DNA of 64,000 nucleotides from Mantamonas sphyraenae STR306 (GCA_026936335.1 JAPMXV010000019.1:1-64000), one strand, 5' to 3'; shown: positions 10,276 through 22,469, numbered from the stretch's first letter. Numbers and translations: made by a program. Notes: generated by a model from the letters alone, not told the origin.

Positions 10276-11709
10276 TCACCCTTCCTGCACCTCCACCAAC
10301 AATCCCTTCTCCGCACACTTCTCTGCCATCGCCTCCAACAACCCTGTGCTCAAGTTGGCCCGCTCCGCAATTGCCAGCAAATCCGTCTGCCCATCACACA
10401 TGTTGCACAGCCACATAATCGCATACACCTTGTCCTCCTGCGACAGCATCCCTCCCTGCGACGGATACAGCCCACGCGGTCCAAGCTGCGGCTCCCCCTT
10501 CGGCTCCGTGTTCACATACACCACATTCCGCTCGATCGTCCGACAGATCTCCGCGTACATCATTGCGCTGTCTGCCAGCGCCGCCATGCTCACGCATGTC
10601 TTGTCGTCCAACGAGCAATGGTACTCCCGGTACCGCCCGTACATCCCGCGCATCACGCTCGCAAACGGCAGCCGGAACCCGGGACTGCCAAAGAACCGCT
10701 CGTCACTCCCGCCGTCCGGAAAGTACGGGATCACCTCGGGTGCCTCCTCCTCGTAGCCCCAGTGGCTGATCACCTCACGCGCCGCACGGTCCGCCAGCGT
10801 CTGCCCGCTCCACGACTCCTTCAGCGTAAACCCGCCCTTGATCCCACAGCAGATCACTTGGTATCCAGCCACCATCTTCTCCTTCCACGTCTCGCCAAAC
10901 TCGGCCAGGATCGTCGCCGCCCCGATCGTCTCTGGCACAAAGCTAAACACGTACGTGTACCGCCTCTTGGCCATCCGGCTCAGCAGCACGTAGATTGCCA
11001 TCACACACAGCGGACCTGCCAGCTCGTTGTTTGCCAGCGAAGGGTGGCACGTGTTCGTGTTCAGCACAACCACCTCGTCGCTCTCCCCTTCCAGCGTCGC
11101 ATACGAGTACGTCAACGACCCGTCAAACAGTTCGCTCTCAATCACCACACGGTACGTCCCTTCCTTCAGTGTCTCCCGCTGCGTGTGCGTCATGCAAAAG
11201 CCCCACGTCCGCCGGTAGTACGACGTCACGTATGGAATCGCCTCTGGCAGGTGCTCCCAGCTGTACAGATGTTCCTGCAGCTCTTCCAGACTCACCTCCT
11301 TGTCTACCGGTTCGCTGTAGTTCACCACGTGCAGGTTGTTCACCTCCATGTCCACCACTCGCTGCCCGTCGCTGTCCAGAATGTACGCCGCCGAGCATTT
11401 CCACTCCTGCGGCACCGTCCACCCGCACACCTTGCTCCCGCTCGGCACCTCCACCGTTTCCAGCGGCAGCACCTCGCCCAGAATACGATGCGTCTCACGC
11501 ACCCCGTCCCCCGTGATGGATCGCAGCAGCGGCCACAGCCTGTCAAAGTACCCGTCCACCAGCGCCGTCAGCTCCTCCACCTGCGCCTCGTACTCCTCCA
11601 CCTGGATTGCGTACGGCTCGCTCAAGATCGACGACGACCCTGCGTGTACATTGCTGCTGTTCTCCTTTGCAAACAGGCTACTCTTCACGCTCCACTTGTT
11701 CTCGGACAT
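10276..11709 (-). CDS. DUF4910/DUF2172 aminopeptidase-like protein with C-terminal winged HTH (bacterial type)
   Basis: RSITGDGVRETH, EVPSGSKVCGWTVPQEW, AIPYVTSYY, CHPSLANNELAGP, GGSDER, PKGEPQLGPRGLYP. Intronless, ATG 11709. Confidence 0.88.
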   Translation of the reverse strand: MSENKWSVKSSLFAKENSSNVHAGSSSILSEPYAIQVEEYEAQVEELTALVDGYFDRLWPLLRSITGDGVRETHRILGEVLPLETVEVPSGSKVCGWTVPQEWKCSAAYILDSDGQRVVDMEVNNLHVVNYSEPVDKEVSLEELQEHLYSWEHLPEAIPYVTSYYRRTWGFCMTHTQRETLKEGTYRVVIESELFDGSLTYSYATLEGESDEVVVLNTNTCHPSLANNELAGPLCVMAIYVLLSRMAKRRYTYVFSFVPETIGAATILAEFGETWKEKMVAGYQVICCGIKGGFTLKESWSGQTLADRAAREVISHWGYEEEAPEVIPYFPDGGSDERFFGSPGFRLPFASVMRGMYGRYREYHCSLDDKTCVSMAALADSAMMYAEICRTIERNVVYVNTEPKGEPQLGPRGLYPSQGGMLSQEDKVYAIMWLCNMCDGQTDLLAIAERANLSTGLLEAMAEKCAEKGLLVEVQEG

Positions 11710-11814
11710 TGGCCGTTTCTTTCGTTTTTTTCCTTGCGGTGGCTCCAAGCGCGGCGTCCCCTCTCCTCCCTCTCCCCCACCACCCCGCCGCTCCACCGAC
11801 ACCCTTCACACCCG

Positions 11815-12600
11815 TCACAGCCTAGCCTGCCCTCCATTCGCACTCAGCGTACTCCCCGTGATAAACCCGGCGTTCACGTCCACCAGGAACAACACACACC
11901 GCGCAATCTCCTCGACCTTGCCCAGCCGTTTGACAGGGATCCCCTCGACAATCTTGCCCAGCACCTTTTCCGGCACTGCCTTGACCATCTCCGTTGCAAT
12001 GTACCCGGGCGCCACCGCATTCACCGTGATGTTGTTCCTCGCCCCCTCCAGCGCAAGCGACTTTGTAAACCCAATCAGCCCTGCCTTTGTCGCCGCGTAG
12101 TTCGTTTGGCCCATCTGGCCCACCAGCCCGTTGATGGAGCTGATGTTCACCACCCGCCCGTACTTCTGGCTCCGCATCCCAGGCATCACCACGCGCGTCA
12201 TGTTGAACGCACCCGTCAGGTTCGTCCCCACAACCTTGGCCCACTTTTCCACGCTCATCTTGTGCAACATGCAGTCTGCCGTCACCCCTGCGTTGTTCAC
12301 AAGCACGCTCACCGCTCCCATGTCACCCACAACCTTGGCCACCGTCTCCTCACACGACTCGTACGACGCCACGTCGCACTGGTACACTGCAATCCCCGTT
12401 TCCGAATGAAACGTTTCCGCGCTCGACCTGTCCTGCCTCCACAGCGCCGCCACACGGTACCCAGCCTTGTCCAGCGCACGCGACACCGCTGCGCCGATCC
12501 CTCGCGTACCCCCCGTCACAATCGCCACCATCCCATTGCCCGAGCTCACCACATCTTGCTCAAACTCAAACGCCTTTTTCTCAGACTGCGTCGTGGACAT
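11815..12600 (-). CDS. phaB: Acetoacetyl-CoA reductase (PhaB/PhbB-type SDR) ending in PTS1-like ARL
   Basis: TGGTRGIG, NNAG, NISSING..GQTNYAATKAG, ITVNAVAPGYIATEMV, GFITGSTLSANGGQ, all typical of alphaproteobacterial PhbB. Confidence 0.85.
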   Translation of the reverse strand: MSTTQSEKKAFEFEQDVVSSGNGMVAIVTGGTRGIGAAVSRALDKAGYRVAALWRQDRSSAETFHSETGIAVYQCDVASYESCEETVAKVVGDMGAVSVLVNNAGVTADCMLHKMSVEKWAKVVGTNLTGAFNMTRVVMPGMRSQKYGRVVNISSINGLVGQMGQTNYAATKAGLIGFTKSLALEGARNNITVNAVAPGYIATEMVKAVPEKVLGKIVEGIPVKRLGKVEEIARCVLFLVDVNAGFITGSTLSANGGQARL

Positions 12601-12660
12601 CGTTTTCAATTTTTCAGTGCCTCACAACGCGCACCATCCCCACCATCCCCACCATCCCCA

Positions 12661-15600
12661 TCACTCTGCCAGACGTCCTCGGAACCGTCCTATCCTCTCC
12701 TGCCGTGCCGCTTGCTTCTGCCATAGCCACACCCCGCCTCCAATCACCAACGCCGCAAACACCACCACCGCCACCACAATCTCCGTGTCCAGCCACCACC
12801 ATCGATCCCCATCCTCTTGCCCGTGGAACCGACTGTCTCGCGGCTCGCTCCGCACGTTCAACTCCTGCACCATTTCCCCCGTCAACGTCAACTCCTCCTC
12901 CGCCTCCGCCGCGTGTCGCCGCACAAGGTCAAACGTCCCACATGTCGCCTTTTTGCCAATCACTCGCGACAGCACATGCAATTCGTTCCCTTCCACGCGT
13001 GCTGGCGCTTCGCTGTGCTCGTCCACCCAATCCTTCGCCAGCGGCTCCTGAAGCGCCCCTTCCAGCAGCCCGTTCACCTTTCCCTGCGACGTGTACTCCA
13101 CCAGCGCACCCACCAGCCAGTAGCACTCTCCCCGTTGCTTTGTGCTGTCCACGCAGCTGCTGTCGCCAAACACCGCAATACGCCCCTGCCGTTCGCTCTT
13201 GCCCGTTTGCACAATCCCGCCCAGCGCCACTGCCCCTGCCCCGGGTCCTTCTGCGCCTCCAAGCAGCTGTGCGCCCTCGTCCGTCATCCCTGCGCGCAGC
13301 AGTCGCCCGCCCGCCGGAAACTGCCGTATGCTCGTCGCCGAATCCACCATCGCCTTGTGCTCACCAAACTGCACCTCCCCTTGCCACACCCTGTTCGACA
13401 GACCCACTCCCAGCGGCCCCAGCAGATCGTTCAACGCAGGCACATTTGCCCCACCCGTCAGCGGCGTCCACCATCGGTGTGTGTTTTCGTCAAAGAACCT
13501 CAGGCTTTGCATCACAGCCGTGTTGTACCATTCGCCCAGCACAAGCACAGACAGGCCCTTGTCCACGTGCCTTTCCAGCGCCTGGATCTCTTCCCGAAAG
13601 TACTCTTCCTCTGCGTCCACAATCATCAGCGTGCCATAGTGGTCCGGGTTGAAACACGAATACGGCGCCGTCAGCACCTCCACAAAGTAGCCCTTGTTGC
13701 GCAGGTACGTGTACAACTCTCGAAAGTTGGTGTGCACGTGGTCCCCATGCCAGTCTAGCGGGTCGTTCTTCACCCACAGAGCATCCCGCGGAATGTATCC
13801 GCCTGGATAACGCAGCGAGTGGAACTGGTCCCACAGCACGCGCTTCTCTCGCGCGGGCGTCGGCACAACCTCCATCAGCAGCTCCACCTTGGCCACCGAC
13901 TCGTCTGCAAACAGCGATCCCATCGCAGGCGGCGAACGCACCTTGACTTCCACATGTCCCCGCAGCTCGCCCCTGTAATCCACCCCGGACGCTGCCACAG
14001 ACATGTGCACGCCCACGTGACCACTCCACGGCCACACCTTGCGCTCAAACGAGAACCTCACCACAGCATGTTGCTCGGACGCTGCATGTCCTGCCTCTGG
14101 CACCCATCGCGGCTCACCCACAATGCTTCCCACCGCACCCATCCCGTTCAGCAGCGTCAGATTCGCCACAACAGGCATGCCCGTGTAGTACATCGGCTGC
14201 GAGCAGTAAGGCCATGTGTATGGACACCCGCTGCTCCGCATGTCCAGCCTCTCCACATTGAACGTCGCACGCGGCGTGTAACTGCTCAGATACGCGTACG
14301 ATCGCACCAGATCCAGCTGGCCCATCCCCTGCTCAAACACATTGTCCTTGGACGACAGCCGCCGCGCCCCGGCAATCAGTGCCTGCTTCAGCGACGCTGG
14401 ATTAAAGTACTTCCACCGCTCCGACGGCGCACGTGTCGAACACAGCAACGCCACTGCCCCCGCCACTACAGGCGACGCCACGCTCGTCCCACTCAACGCA
14501 CGGCAACCAGACGTCGTCGAAGACCCGCGCACGTTTGTTCCGTGCGTCACAACGTCTGGTTTGATGCGCCCGTACCCCAGCGGCACCTCCCACATCGTCA
14601 TCCCGCGCGACGAAAAGCTCGCCACGCTTTCGCCCTCCGACAGGCCCCCGACCCCGATCACATCCTGCTGGTCTGCAGGGTTGTTCAACGTTCCGTACAG
14701 CGGCCCATCGTTGCCGATCGCACTCACCACAATCACCCCGTTGGCGCTCAGCTCCCTCACCTTGTCCACAAACGGCCGATCCTCAAAGTCCGGCCCGCCG
14801 ATCGACAGGTTGAGCACGTTGATCCCCACACGCAACGCATGGTTGAACGCGTCCAGAAACCACGACGTGAACGACGACTGTGAGTTGGTAAACACCCGGA
14901 ATATGTACAAATCCGCCTCCGGCGCAAGCCCCTGGCACGTTTCGTCTGCAGACGCAATGACCCCTGCCACAAACGTCCCGTGACCAATCCCATCGTCCTT
15001 TGTGTTTTCGTTGGTCCAATTGCTGCGGTCCCGCACGTGCCGAAAGTGTGTGTGCCCTTCCCGCAGGCCCGTGTCAAAGATCGCCACACGTACCCGTGTA
15101 CCCCGGAACCCCTTGTTCCAGATTTCCTGGGCATTCAGCTGTCCTGCGATCGAATACTGATTCAACAGCCGCCGTCCACTCGTTCCGTTCCCTTCAAACG
15201 ACCATTGTGTGCACCGCCGTGCGTGCAGCGGCTTCCGAAGCACCACCGGCGCATCTGCGCCCACGCTCCGCGTCGTTTTGTGGCCCCGTAGCCTGTTGAC
15301 CACCCATTCCTCTCGCGTCTGCTCTCACCCCACATCCCAATGCCCACTCTCCCGTGTCAGTTTCCTCTCCCAGCTCCATCCCCTTTCACCCTCCCCCTCA
15401 CCACCACCATCCACGTCATCCATCCTGGCCCCGCAATTCCAATTCCCGCACCTTGATCAACGCAAAGTCTGTCGGGTAAACGCTCATGCCCCCGCCGTAC
15501 GACCGCTCCACCAGCGAGTACGCATCCCCGAGCCCATAGCACACGCTTGCATTGCCCACACCGCCATGCCTCTGCAACACCCCGTTCAAGTGCGCCTGCA

Positions 15601-15733
15601 AACTCCCACGGCTCCCAAAGTACTCCTTGAACGTCACCAGGTGCACGTGGGGCCCTCGTGCCTCCACCAGCCCTGCCCCTGAAAGCAACAGCAGCATCGC
15701 CACCCAAACCAGCGCGACCCCCTTGCCCTGCAT
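12661..15733 (-). CDS. MBTPS1: Site-1 protease (SKI-1/S1P subtilase)
   Basis: Signal peptide; prodomain YPTDF; intron 15451-15319; catalytic FDTG, HGTFVAG, GTSVASP; WDQFHSLRYP; C-terminal TM helix. Confidence 0.95.
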
Positions 15734-15865
15734 CTCCGTTTGCTCTGCGCGCGCTCCCGCCCTGCCCCAACTTTTCCCACATGTCCGCTGCCATCCCCAA
15801 TGGCAAGACAAACGGGAGCCACTTGGGGCACCGCCGATCCCGCAGCTCCAGCCCGTCCTCCAGCC

Positions 15866-17526
15866 ATGGCTCCCCCGGCACCTCGCCCCCCAAGGACGAA
15901 TCACGTGCGTTTCGCCAAGCCCCAACTATTCAAAGACGCCAATCCCTTCCCCACTGACCCCGTTACCGCCACACAGCCCCGTTTGCCGAGTCTACTGCCT
16001 TCTACTTTGGCGATCACACAGAGCACTCCTTCCACTCCCACCTTGCAGCCCTGCAAGACAACACAGAGTACTTGTCCCTCGGCGTCCACAAGGACATCCT
16101 CCTCATGCACCTTCTCGACCGTTACTGCGCAGAAGACACGGAGCTCCTCTACAGCCTCTGCATGGTCCTGGTCGAGCTCAAGGTGAGTCCTCGCTCTTCC
16201 GCCTCCCGCAAAGCTCTTTTCCTTTTCCGCAGAATTTTCCACGTCACCCGCACCTCCCCATCCGCCCCCACCCCACGCTCCTAGCCCCCTCCCCACGCTC
16301 GTCAACCCATGTCACATTCCCCTTCCTCAGTCTGTCGCCCTGATCCCACTCCCATCCCACTCTCCCCACCCCGTTTTCCTCTCCCTTCCGCCTTGCACAA
16401 AAACCACGTGGCTAACCCGCTTCGCCACACAACCCGCACGCGCTGCTCCCGTCCAGGTCATCAAGAGCAAGAACCTTGTCCACAAGTACTTCAAGGTCCA
16501 TCGCACCATGTACGCGCCCACCTTTCACAAGATCATCGCCGTCGGCAGGGAACGTGTCAACATGGACCGCGACCACGGGAACCAGAACCTGCGCGACCTC
16601 CTCCAGGACCATGTCCGCTCCTCCAGTGCCGTTGTCCACCGCCCCAAGGGCTACAATTTCCAGGTCGACGTCGACGCCAAGTATCAGGTCGACGCAGAGA
16701 TGGCGCGCACCCTCCACCGCCTCTACTCCAAGATGACCTCCCACTACGCCGCCCCTCCCATCTTTGACATCGCTGGCTGGGACCCCACCGATAGGCACAG
16801 TGCACACAACCAGATGCGCCTCATCGAACTCATGCGCGCCTTCAACACACACCATCTCACTGCACAGTCGTCCAGCGACGCCACACACGACGAACACGCC
16901 TCTGAACACTCTGACCGCTACAAAACAGAGTTTGAAGAGATCGAAAAGCTCGGTCACGGAGGGTTTGCCTCTGTCTACCGTGCCCGCAACCGCCTCGACG
17001 GCATCGAGTACGCTGTGAAAAAGATCAAGTTCAAAGAGACCCTCTTTGGCAGCACCGAAGATCCCAAGTACGACAAACTCCTGCGCGAGGTCAAAGCCAT
17101 GGCCTCCTTGGACCACAAGCACATTGTGCGCTACAACCAGGCCTGGATCCAACGCTCGGTCCTCCTCACCTCCAGCTCCGGCACAGGCGACGATCTCCTC
17201 TCCCCACGCAGCTCCGACGACGGAAGCTCCTATGGCGACAGCTTTGAGAGTCGCACTGCCGGCAGCGACCACAGCGGAAGCACCCTCGGCAAGGCGTACC
17301 TCCATCGACACATCAATTCCTTTCTCGCACGCTCCAGCAGCGACGGCAACCTCGTGCGTCACGGCACCATCGAAGACCTCAGCGAAGACGGCTCTCGTGG
17401 CTCCTGGTTCCTCGACCACCAGCGCACCGGCCCCACTTCCTCCAAAAACAAGAGCGCTCCGCCCACGCGCCAAGCCGCCGACACCATCGTCTCGGAAGAC
17501 TCGAACGACGACGATGATCCGTGGGA

Positions 17527-17560
<34 letters not shown>

Positions 17561-18814
17561 CAAGACGACTTTGACGCGGCCTCAGGTGGAAGCGAACATT
17601 GGAACGACGTCGACGAGTCCTGGTTCTCCCAGGGCCTCATGATCAACAAAGGCGGAAGCAACAGCGGCAGCGGAAGTGGCTCAGGACATTCGTTTAGTGT
17701 GAAGCGCACCTCTGCTCTCCTGGGCTCGTCCGTACGCTCCACCGAGGAGATTGTGGCCGCGTCCGAAGCCGAATGGCACCGCTCGCAAGTGGAAGAGGAC
17801 ATGGTCTTTCTGCTCGACGAGGACCTGGACAGCAGTCCAGAGAGCGGACGCGGCTCATGGGGCAGCAACCACGTGTCCGACACCCTGCGCACCCTCGATC
17901 TCAAGCGCCCCTCCGCGCTGGACGTGGTACGCAAGGACAACGGCGCCAAGGCAGCCGAACTGTCCCTGTCTGCAGCCCACGAGTGGGCCACCAGCATTCG
18001 TGTGCGCACCACCCTGTACATTCAGATGTCGCTCTACGACCGCAGCACCCTCAAGGACGAGCTCGAGCGGCCGGACCGCGAGGTCGACTTTGCCCAGAAC
18101 ATGGACTGGATGCAGCAGCTCCTCAGCGCCCTCCAGTACATCCACACAAAGGGCATGATCCACAGAGACGTCAAGCCGGGCAACATCTTCTTTGGCGACG
18201 ACGGCTGCCTCAAACTCGGTGACTTTGGCCTCGCCAAGCAGCTTGAGCTGGAGCTGGAAACGCCCTCCACCTCCATGACAGATAGCATGGAGCCGCACAT
18301 GCGCCGCAGTGGCAGCAGCCCCTCCCTGCTTGGTTCTCACGCTGCCCTTGGCGACAACGAGGAGCCGAGCACCTCACTAGCCGATTCCGTCACAGGCTCC
18401 AGTGAACACACGTCTGGCGTGGGCACCATGACCTACGCTGCGCCCGAGCAGATTCACAGCGACGCCTACGACGAAAAGGTCGATGTCTTCTCCTGCGGCG
18501 TCATCATGCTCGAGCTGTTTTGCAAGACCTGCACTCGCATGGAGCGAGCACGCATGCTCGACAGCCTGCGTCTGGGCGTCTTGCCCGACGAGATTCACCA
18601 GTGGGGCGACGAAGTAGGCGACTGGATCTTGCGCATGTGTGCCAAGGACCCATGTGATCGTCCCAGCGCCGAAGAGATTCTCCACAGTGACCTCTTCCAG
18701 ATCGACGAGGTGGCTCTCCTGCGCCGACGTGTGCGAGATCTGGAAAAGCAGCTGCAGCAGCTGCGCAACGGTGCCTCTTCCAGCGCCCCTGCTGTTCTGG
18801 ACCCGAAGCAGTAG
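15866..18814 (+). CDS. eIF2-alpha kinase, HRI-like, with large kinase insert
   Basis: RYKTEFEEIEKLGHGGF, LREVKAMASLDH, LYIQM, HRDVKPGN, DFG, HTSGVGT. HRI-like N-domain LLMHLLD..LC..LVEL. Intron 16183-16456. A -1 frame break near 15958-15961. Confidence 0.88.
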
Positions 18815-18940
18815 CCGATGACGTCACCGATGGGAAACTCAAGCAACGAAATGCACACCTGCGACACCCCACCCAACTCCACGCTTTCGAATCACCCCCC
18901 CCCACACACACACACACACACACACGATACACACACGCAC

Positions 18941-19387
18941 ATGTCGTCCACACGAGGCCTCACTCTTGTCAGCAAGCGCTCGCTGGGCGCGCTGCTCTCC
19001 CGCGATGCGCTCAGCCGCACCGAACCCAGCCCAGAGGCGCTGCAGGTGGTTCTCAGCACACGCCCGCAGCTCGACGATTTGCCTGAAGCCCAGGAGCTGG
19101 GTGTCGTGATGGGCAACGCTTGCCGCACACGGATGATTGTCTTTGACGTGTTCACCGAGCTCAAGGGCCTCATGGGCGGCTCGCTGGACCTGTACGCACA
19201 GATGTTTGAACAGACGCGCGAAGATGCACTTGTCAGTGTGGCCGAAGAGGCGGCTGACCGTGGCGCAGACGCCATTGTCAACCTGCGCATCGAAACGTCG
19301 ACTTTCGGCCGAAACGTGGCCGAAGTCCTCGTCTACGGCACCGCCGTGCGTTTTCCCATGACCAGCGACGCAGAAGAAGACATGTGA
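18941..19387 (+). CDS. YbjQ/UPF0145 family protein with N-terminal extension
   Basis: LGVVMG, LKGLMGG..Y..MFEQTREDA, GADAIVNLRIETS, AEVLVYGTAV. Confidence 0.88.
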   Translation: MSSTRGLTLVSKRSLGALLSRDALSRTEPSPEALQVVLSTRPQLDDLPEAQELGVVMGNACRTRMIVFDVFTELKGLMGGSLDLYAQMFEQTREDALVSVAEEAADRGADAIVNLRIETSTFGRNVAEVLVYGTAVRFPMTSDAEEDM

Positions 19388-19424
19388 TGTTGTGAGCAGA
19401 CACAGGAATGGTTAATTTTTTCTT

Positions 19425-21633
19425 TCAGGTATGCCGCCTCTTCTTTTTCCGGTCGCGTGTGCGACGCTTGGCCGCCTTGTACTTGGCCCGGTACGACTCG
19501 CTCAGCTCCTTGCGCGACTCCTGCCATGTCTTGACCACTTCTTCGTAGCTCTGTTGCCGCCTGAAGCTGCTGCCATGCTTGACCCACTCCTCGCGCAGTT
19601 TCTGCGCTGTAAAGAACGGGCTGCGCTGCGCGTGGCCCATGCGTGTGCCTGCCGCCCCTGCCCCCATGTGCAGGTCCACTGTGTGACGGACTCGCATCGC
19701 CGGCGCCGCACGTTGAAATTGCTCGTCGTCCAGCAGGTCGTCGTCGTCGTCCTCATCCTCTCCGTCGCTGTCCTTGCCTTCAGACCCCAGCTCGTCATCC
19801 GACTCGTCGTCGCTGTCTTGCGAGTGCATGTTCTTGCGTCCACTGCTGCTGCCGAACCGGAAGCCCCTCGTGCGTGTGACCTCGCCCCAAGCCCGTTTCC
19901 GTGTTGGGCGTCCCACTTCCACACGCGGCGCCTCCACATCGACCTGCACAGCCGTACGTCGTGTGCCTGCTCGGGAGCGCTCGTTGCCTGTGCCCTTTCC
20001 CTCCTCCTGTACCCCGGCGTCTCCTCCATCCACCTCAAACTGCGCTGCCGTCGCGCTCGTCGGATCGTAGCGCATGGACTTGTCGCTCCGCCACCTCTCG
20101 CTCCGGTTTTCCGAGTGCAGGAAGCGTGTCTCGTCCGGAAACAGGTTGGTGAGCACGGACAGGTACGTGCCCTTCTCCTCCGCCGTCACCATCTCGCTCT
20201 CGGCCTCCTCTGCGCCCTCGGCACCGGCCAGCCCGCGGTCCGCCCACGACGACCCGTCGCTGTCCGATTCCTCGCCCTCCTGCCCCTCCTTGAATCCCTC
20301 ATCCGCAAATGTGTCATCCATGCGGAAGCGTTCGTCGCCTCCAAAGCTCTGCTGCAGCTTCTGCAGCTTTGCTGCCGACTTGCTTGCAAACCGCGGTTTC
20401 AACTCACTGATCGGTTCCTCCCCGTCCGAGTCTTCATCTTCCGACGAGTCGCCGAATAATTTACGTTTATGCTGCGCTTCCTGCTCCATCCCATCCACCT
20501 GGGCCTTTGCCTGCGGTGCCACATGGCCCTCTGCCTCTGCATCCGAATCCGAGTCAAACACGACCCGATTCCGGGCTGCCCCGCCCTCCTCCAGCTTCTT
20601 CATCAGCTCCTTCTGCCGCTGCACTTGGCTCAGCCGCTTCTGGATCGCTGCCAGCCGCCGTTTGTTTGCTTCCTCCGACATGCTCGTGACCTGGCTGCGC
20701 CCGCGCAGCTCCTCACTCATTGTCCTCACCACCCTCTTCTACATGCTCCTCCACCTCCACCTCATCCTCTTCTTCCTCCTCCTCCTCCTCCTCCTCCTCC
20801 TCCTCCTCCTCCTCCTCCTCCTCCTCCTCCTCCTCCCCTCCTCCCCCACCTCCACCTCCTCAACCTCCACCTCCTCAACCCCCTCCCCCTCTTCCTCCTC
20901 CTCCTCCTCCCCTCCCTCCCCTCCTCCCCCTCCTCCCCTTCCTCCCCATACCCCTCTTCCACTCGCTGCCGCTTGCGATGAATCCACGTCGGCTCGGTCT
21001 CAATCTCACTCCAATCCACCCCGCGCACGTCCTCATCCCCTTCCATCGGCCCGTACTGCTCCCGGAACCGCCGTCGGTTGTGTGCTCGCTTGGGGTTAAA
21101 CACCAAAATCCTCCCATCCCTCTGTCGCAGCCGCACCGTCTCTTTGTCCAGCCGACGCAAATGCTTCGGACGCCGCTCCCGCTTGCCCTTCCGTGTGCGC
21201 TTGCCCGGCATGGCCCCCGTCCGCGCAATCCGTTCTTCCCGTTTCGCTGCGTTTGCTTCTGCCTGTGCGTTCCGGTGTGCCTCTTGCTGCCACTCGCGTT
21301 GCAACCTGCGTTCACCCACGTCCCCCCCGCTCCCGTCAGCCTCCCGTCCCTGGTCTCCCATGCCTTGCCCGCTCTCTCGTCATCCGCCACTCCCACTTAC
21401 TTGTGCAAGTATGCCTCCTTGGCCGGTTGCACGCGCAGCATGCTCCCCTTCCAACGTGTCCCGTGCAGCGTCGACATGCACCGCCGCACTGCCTTTTCAT
21501 TCCCCTGCAAATCCACATAGGCAAAGTCTCGCACCACGTCCACGTGTTTCACGCTTCCAAACGATGCAAACCTCCGCGCAAGCGCTTCTCCATCTGTACC
21601 TTTGGGCAGTCCGCCCACAAACAGCCTCGGCAT
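19425..21633 (-). CDS. NOL8: Nucleolar protein 8 (NOL8/Nop8)-like RRM protein
   Basis: N-terminal RRM RLFVGGL..WKGSMLRVQPAKEAYL; intron 21400-21306; FGGDERFRMD, RYDPT and C-terminal YRAKYKAAKRR. Frame breaks in the Glu-rich tract 20735-20940. Confidence 0.82.
20760..20945. repeat. (CCT)n low-complexity tract (poly-Glu on the minus strand)
   Basis: About 20 perfect CCT units plus degenerate flanks. Confidence 0.95.
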
Positions 21634-21786
21634 CGTCGCTCGCTCGAACCGTTTTCCTTTCCCTGCGCCAGCGTCAACATGCGACACTCACACACAAGAC
21701 CACACACCCACACTCAACAAGACGGCCCATCAAGGTTGTACAGACACGCGCAAAAGCTCTCGTTTGCATTTCTCTCTCGTTGATCA

Positions 21787-22119
21787 TCACATCCAGATGT
21801 GGTCCTCGGAGACCTTCTTCTGCGTGGATTCCGAGTTCTCCAGCTCCGTCAGCGGCATGTGTTCCACAAAGTGGCGCTCCTCCGCAGGCGGCGCGGGCTT
21901 GGTGCAGTTGAACACGCTCGGCGGCAGACGCTTGGCGTCCTGCGCGTTGTAGCAAGCCGACGGCAGCGTCAGCGAGCGGCACCACGCGCACGTCGAGTCG
22001 TTCCAGCACGCCTCGCTCGTCTTCAGCTCGCCGCACTCGTCCGTGTCGCGCACAGGCACGACAGTGATAGCCTGGCACAGCGCAAACAGCATCGCACACA
22101 CAAGAATGAACTTGAACAT
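21787..22119 (-). CDS. Small secreted Cys-rich protein (PSI-like CxWC motif)
   Basis: Signal peptide MFKFILVCAMLFALCQA; six Cys in C-x8-C-x5-CAWC..C..LPPSVFNC. Confidence 0.78.
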   Translation of the reverse strand: MFKFILVCAMLFALCQAITVVPVRDTDECGELKTSEACWNDSTCAWCRSLTLPSACYNAQDAKRLPPSVFNCTKPAPPAEERHFVEHMPLTELENSESTQKKVSEDHIWM

Positions 22120-22469
22120 CGTGTTTTTCTTGCCTTCCCTCTCGCCGTCCCCGCCAACCGCTCCCATCCCGCACACACCCTCCCCAAACCCACCCACAAT
22201 GGACCTCTACCACACCCCATCTCCCCCACTCGTCTCCTATTCCCTTTCGCCGTCTTCCCTGCACAGCAATGCTCTGTCCAACACCCCGTTCCCACCATTC
22301 CCAGCCCCGACGTTCCGCCGCCCATCCCGCACCCCACCCCACCCCCAATCTCCTCCACCAGCCTCCAGCCCCCATTCCCCCATTCCCAACCCCCTCCCCC
22401 CCCCCTCCCAACGCTCACCCTCTTCAACATCTCTGCGCTCCCCCCTGTGTCCTCCCCCCCCTGCCCATT

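Noticed and set aside
10276-12600. Bacterial contamination or chimeric assembly
   Set aside because: Shares the host skew and tight spacing, and has eukaryotic-style extensions and a PTS1. Read support is still advisable.
12632-12662. (CCCCACCAT)3 and the (CA)n at 18902-18925 as functional elements
   Set aside because: Simple repeats consistent with the local skew; no other support.
9598-12726. 1042-aa + strand ORF and similar long shadow ORFs (27456-28775, 31383-32640)
   Set aside because: Antisense to well-supported genes; a by-product of GC content and skew.
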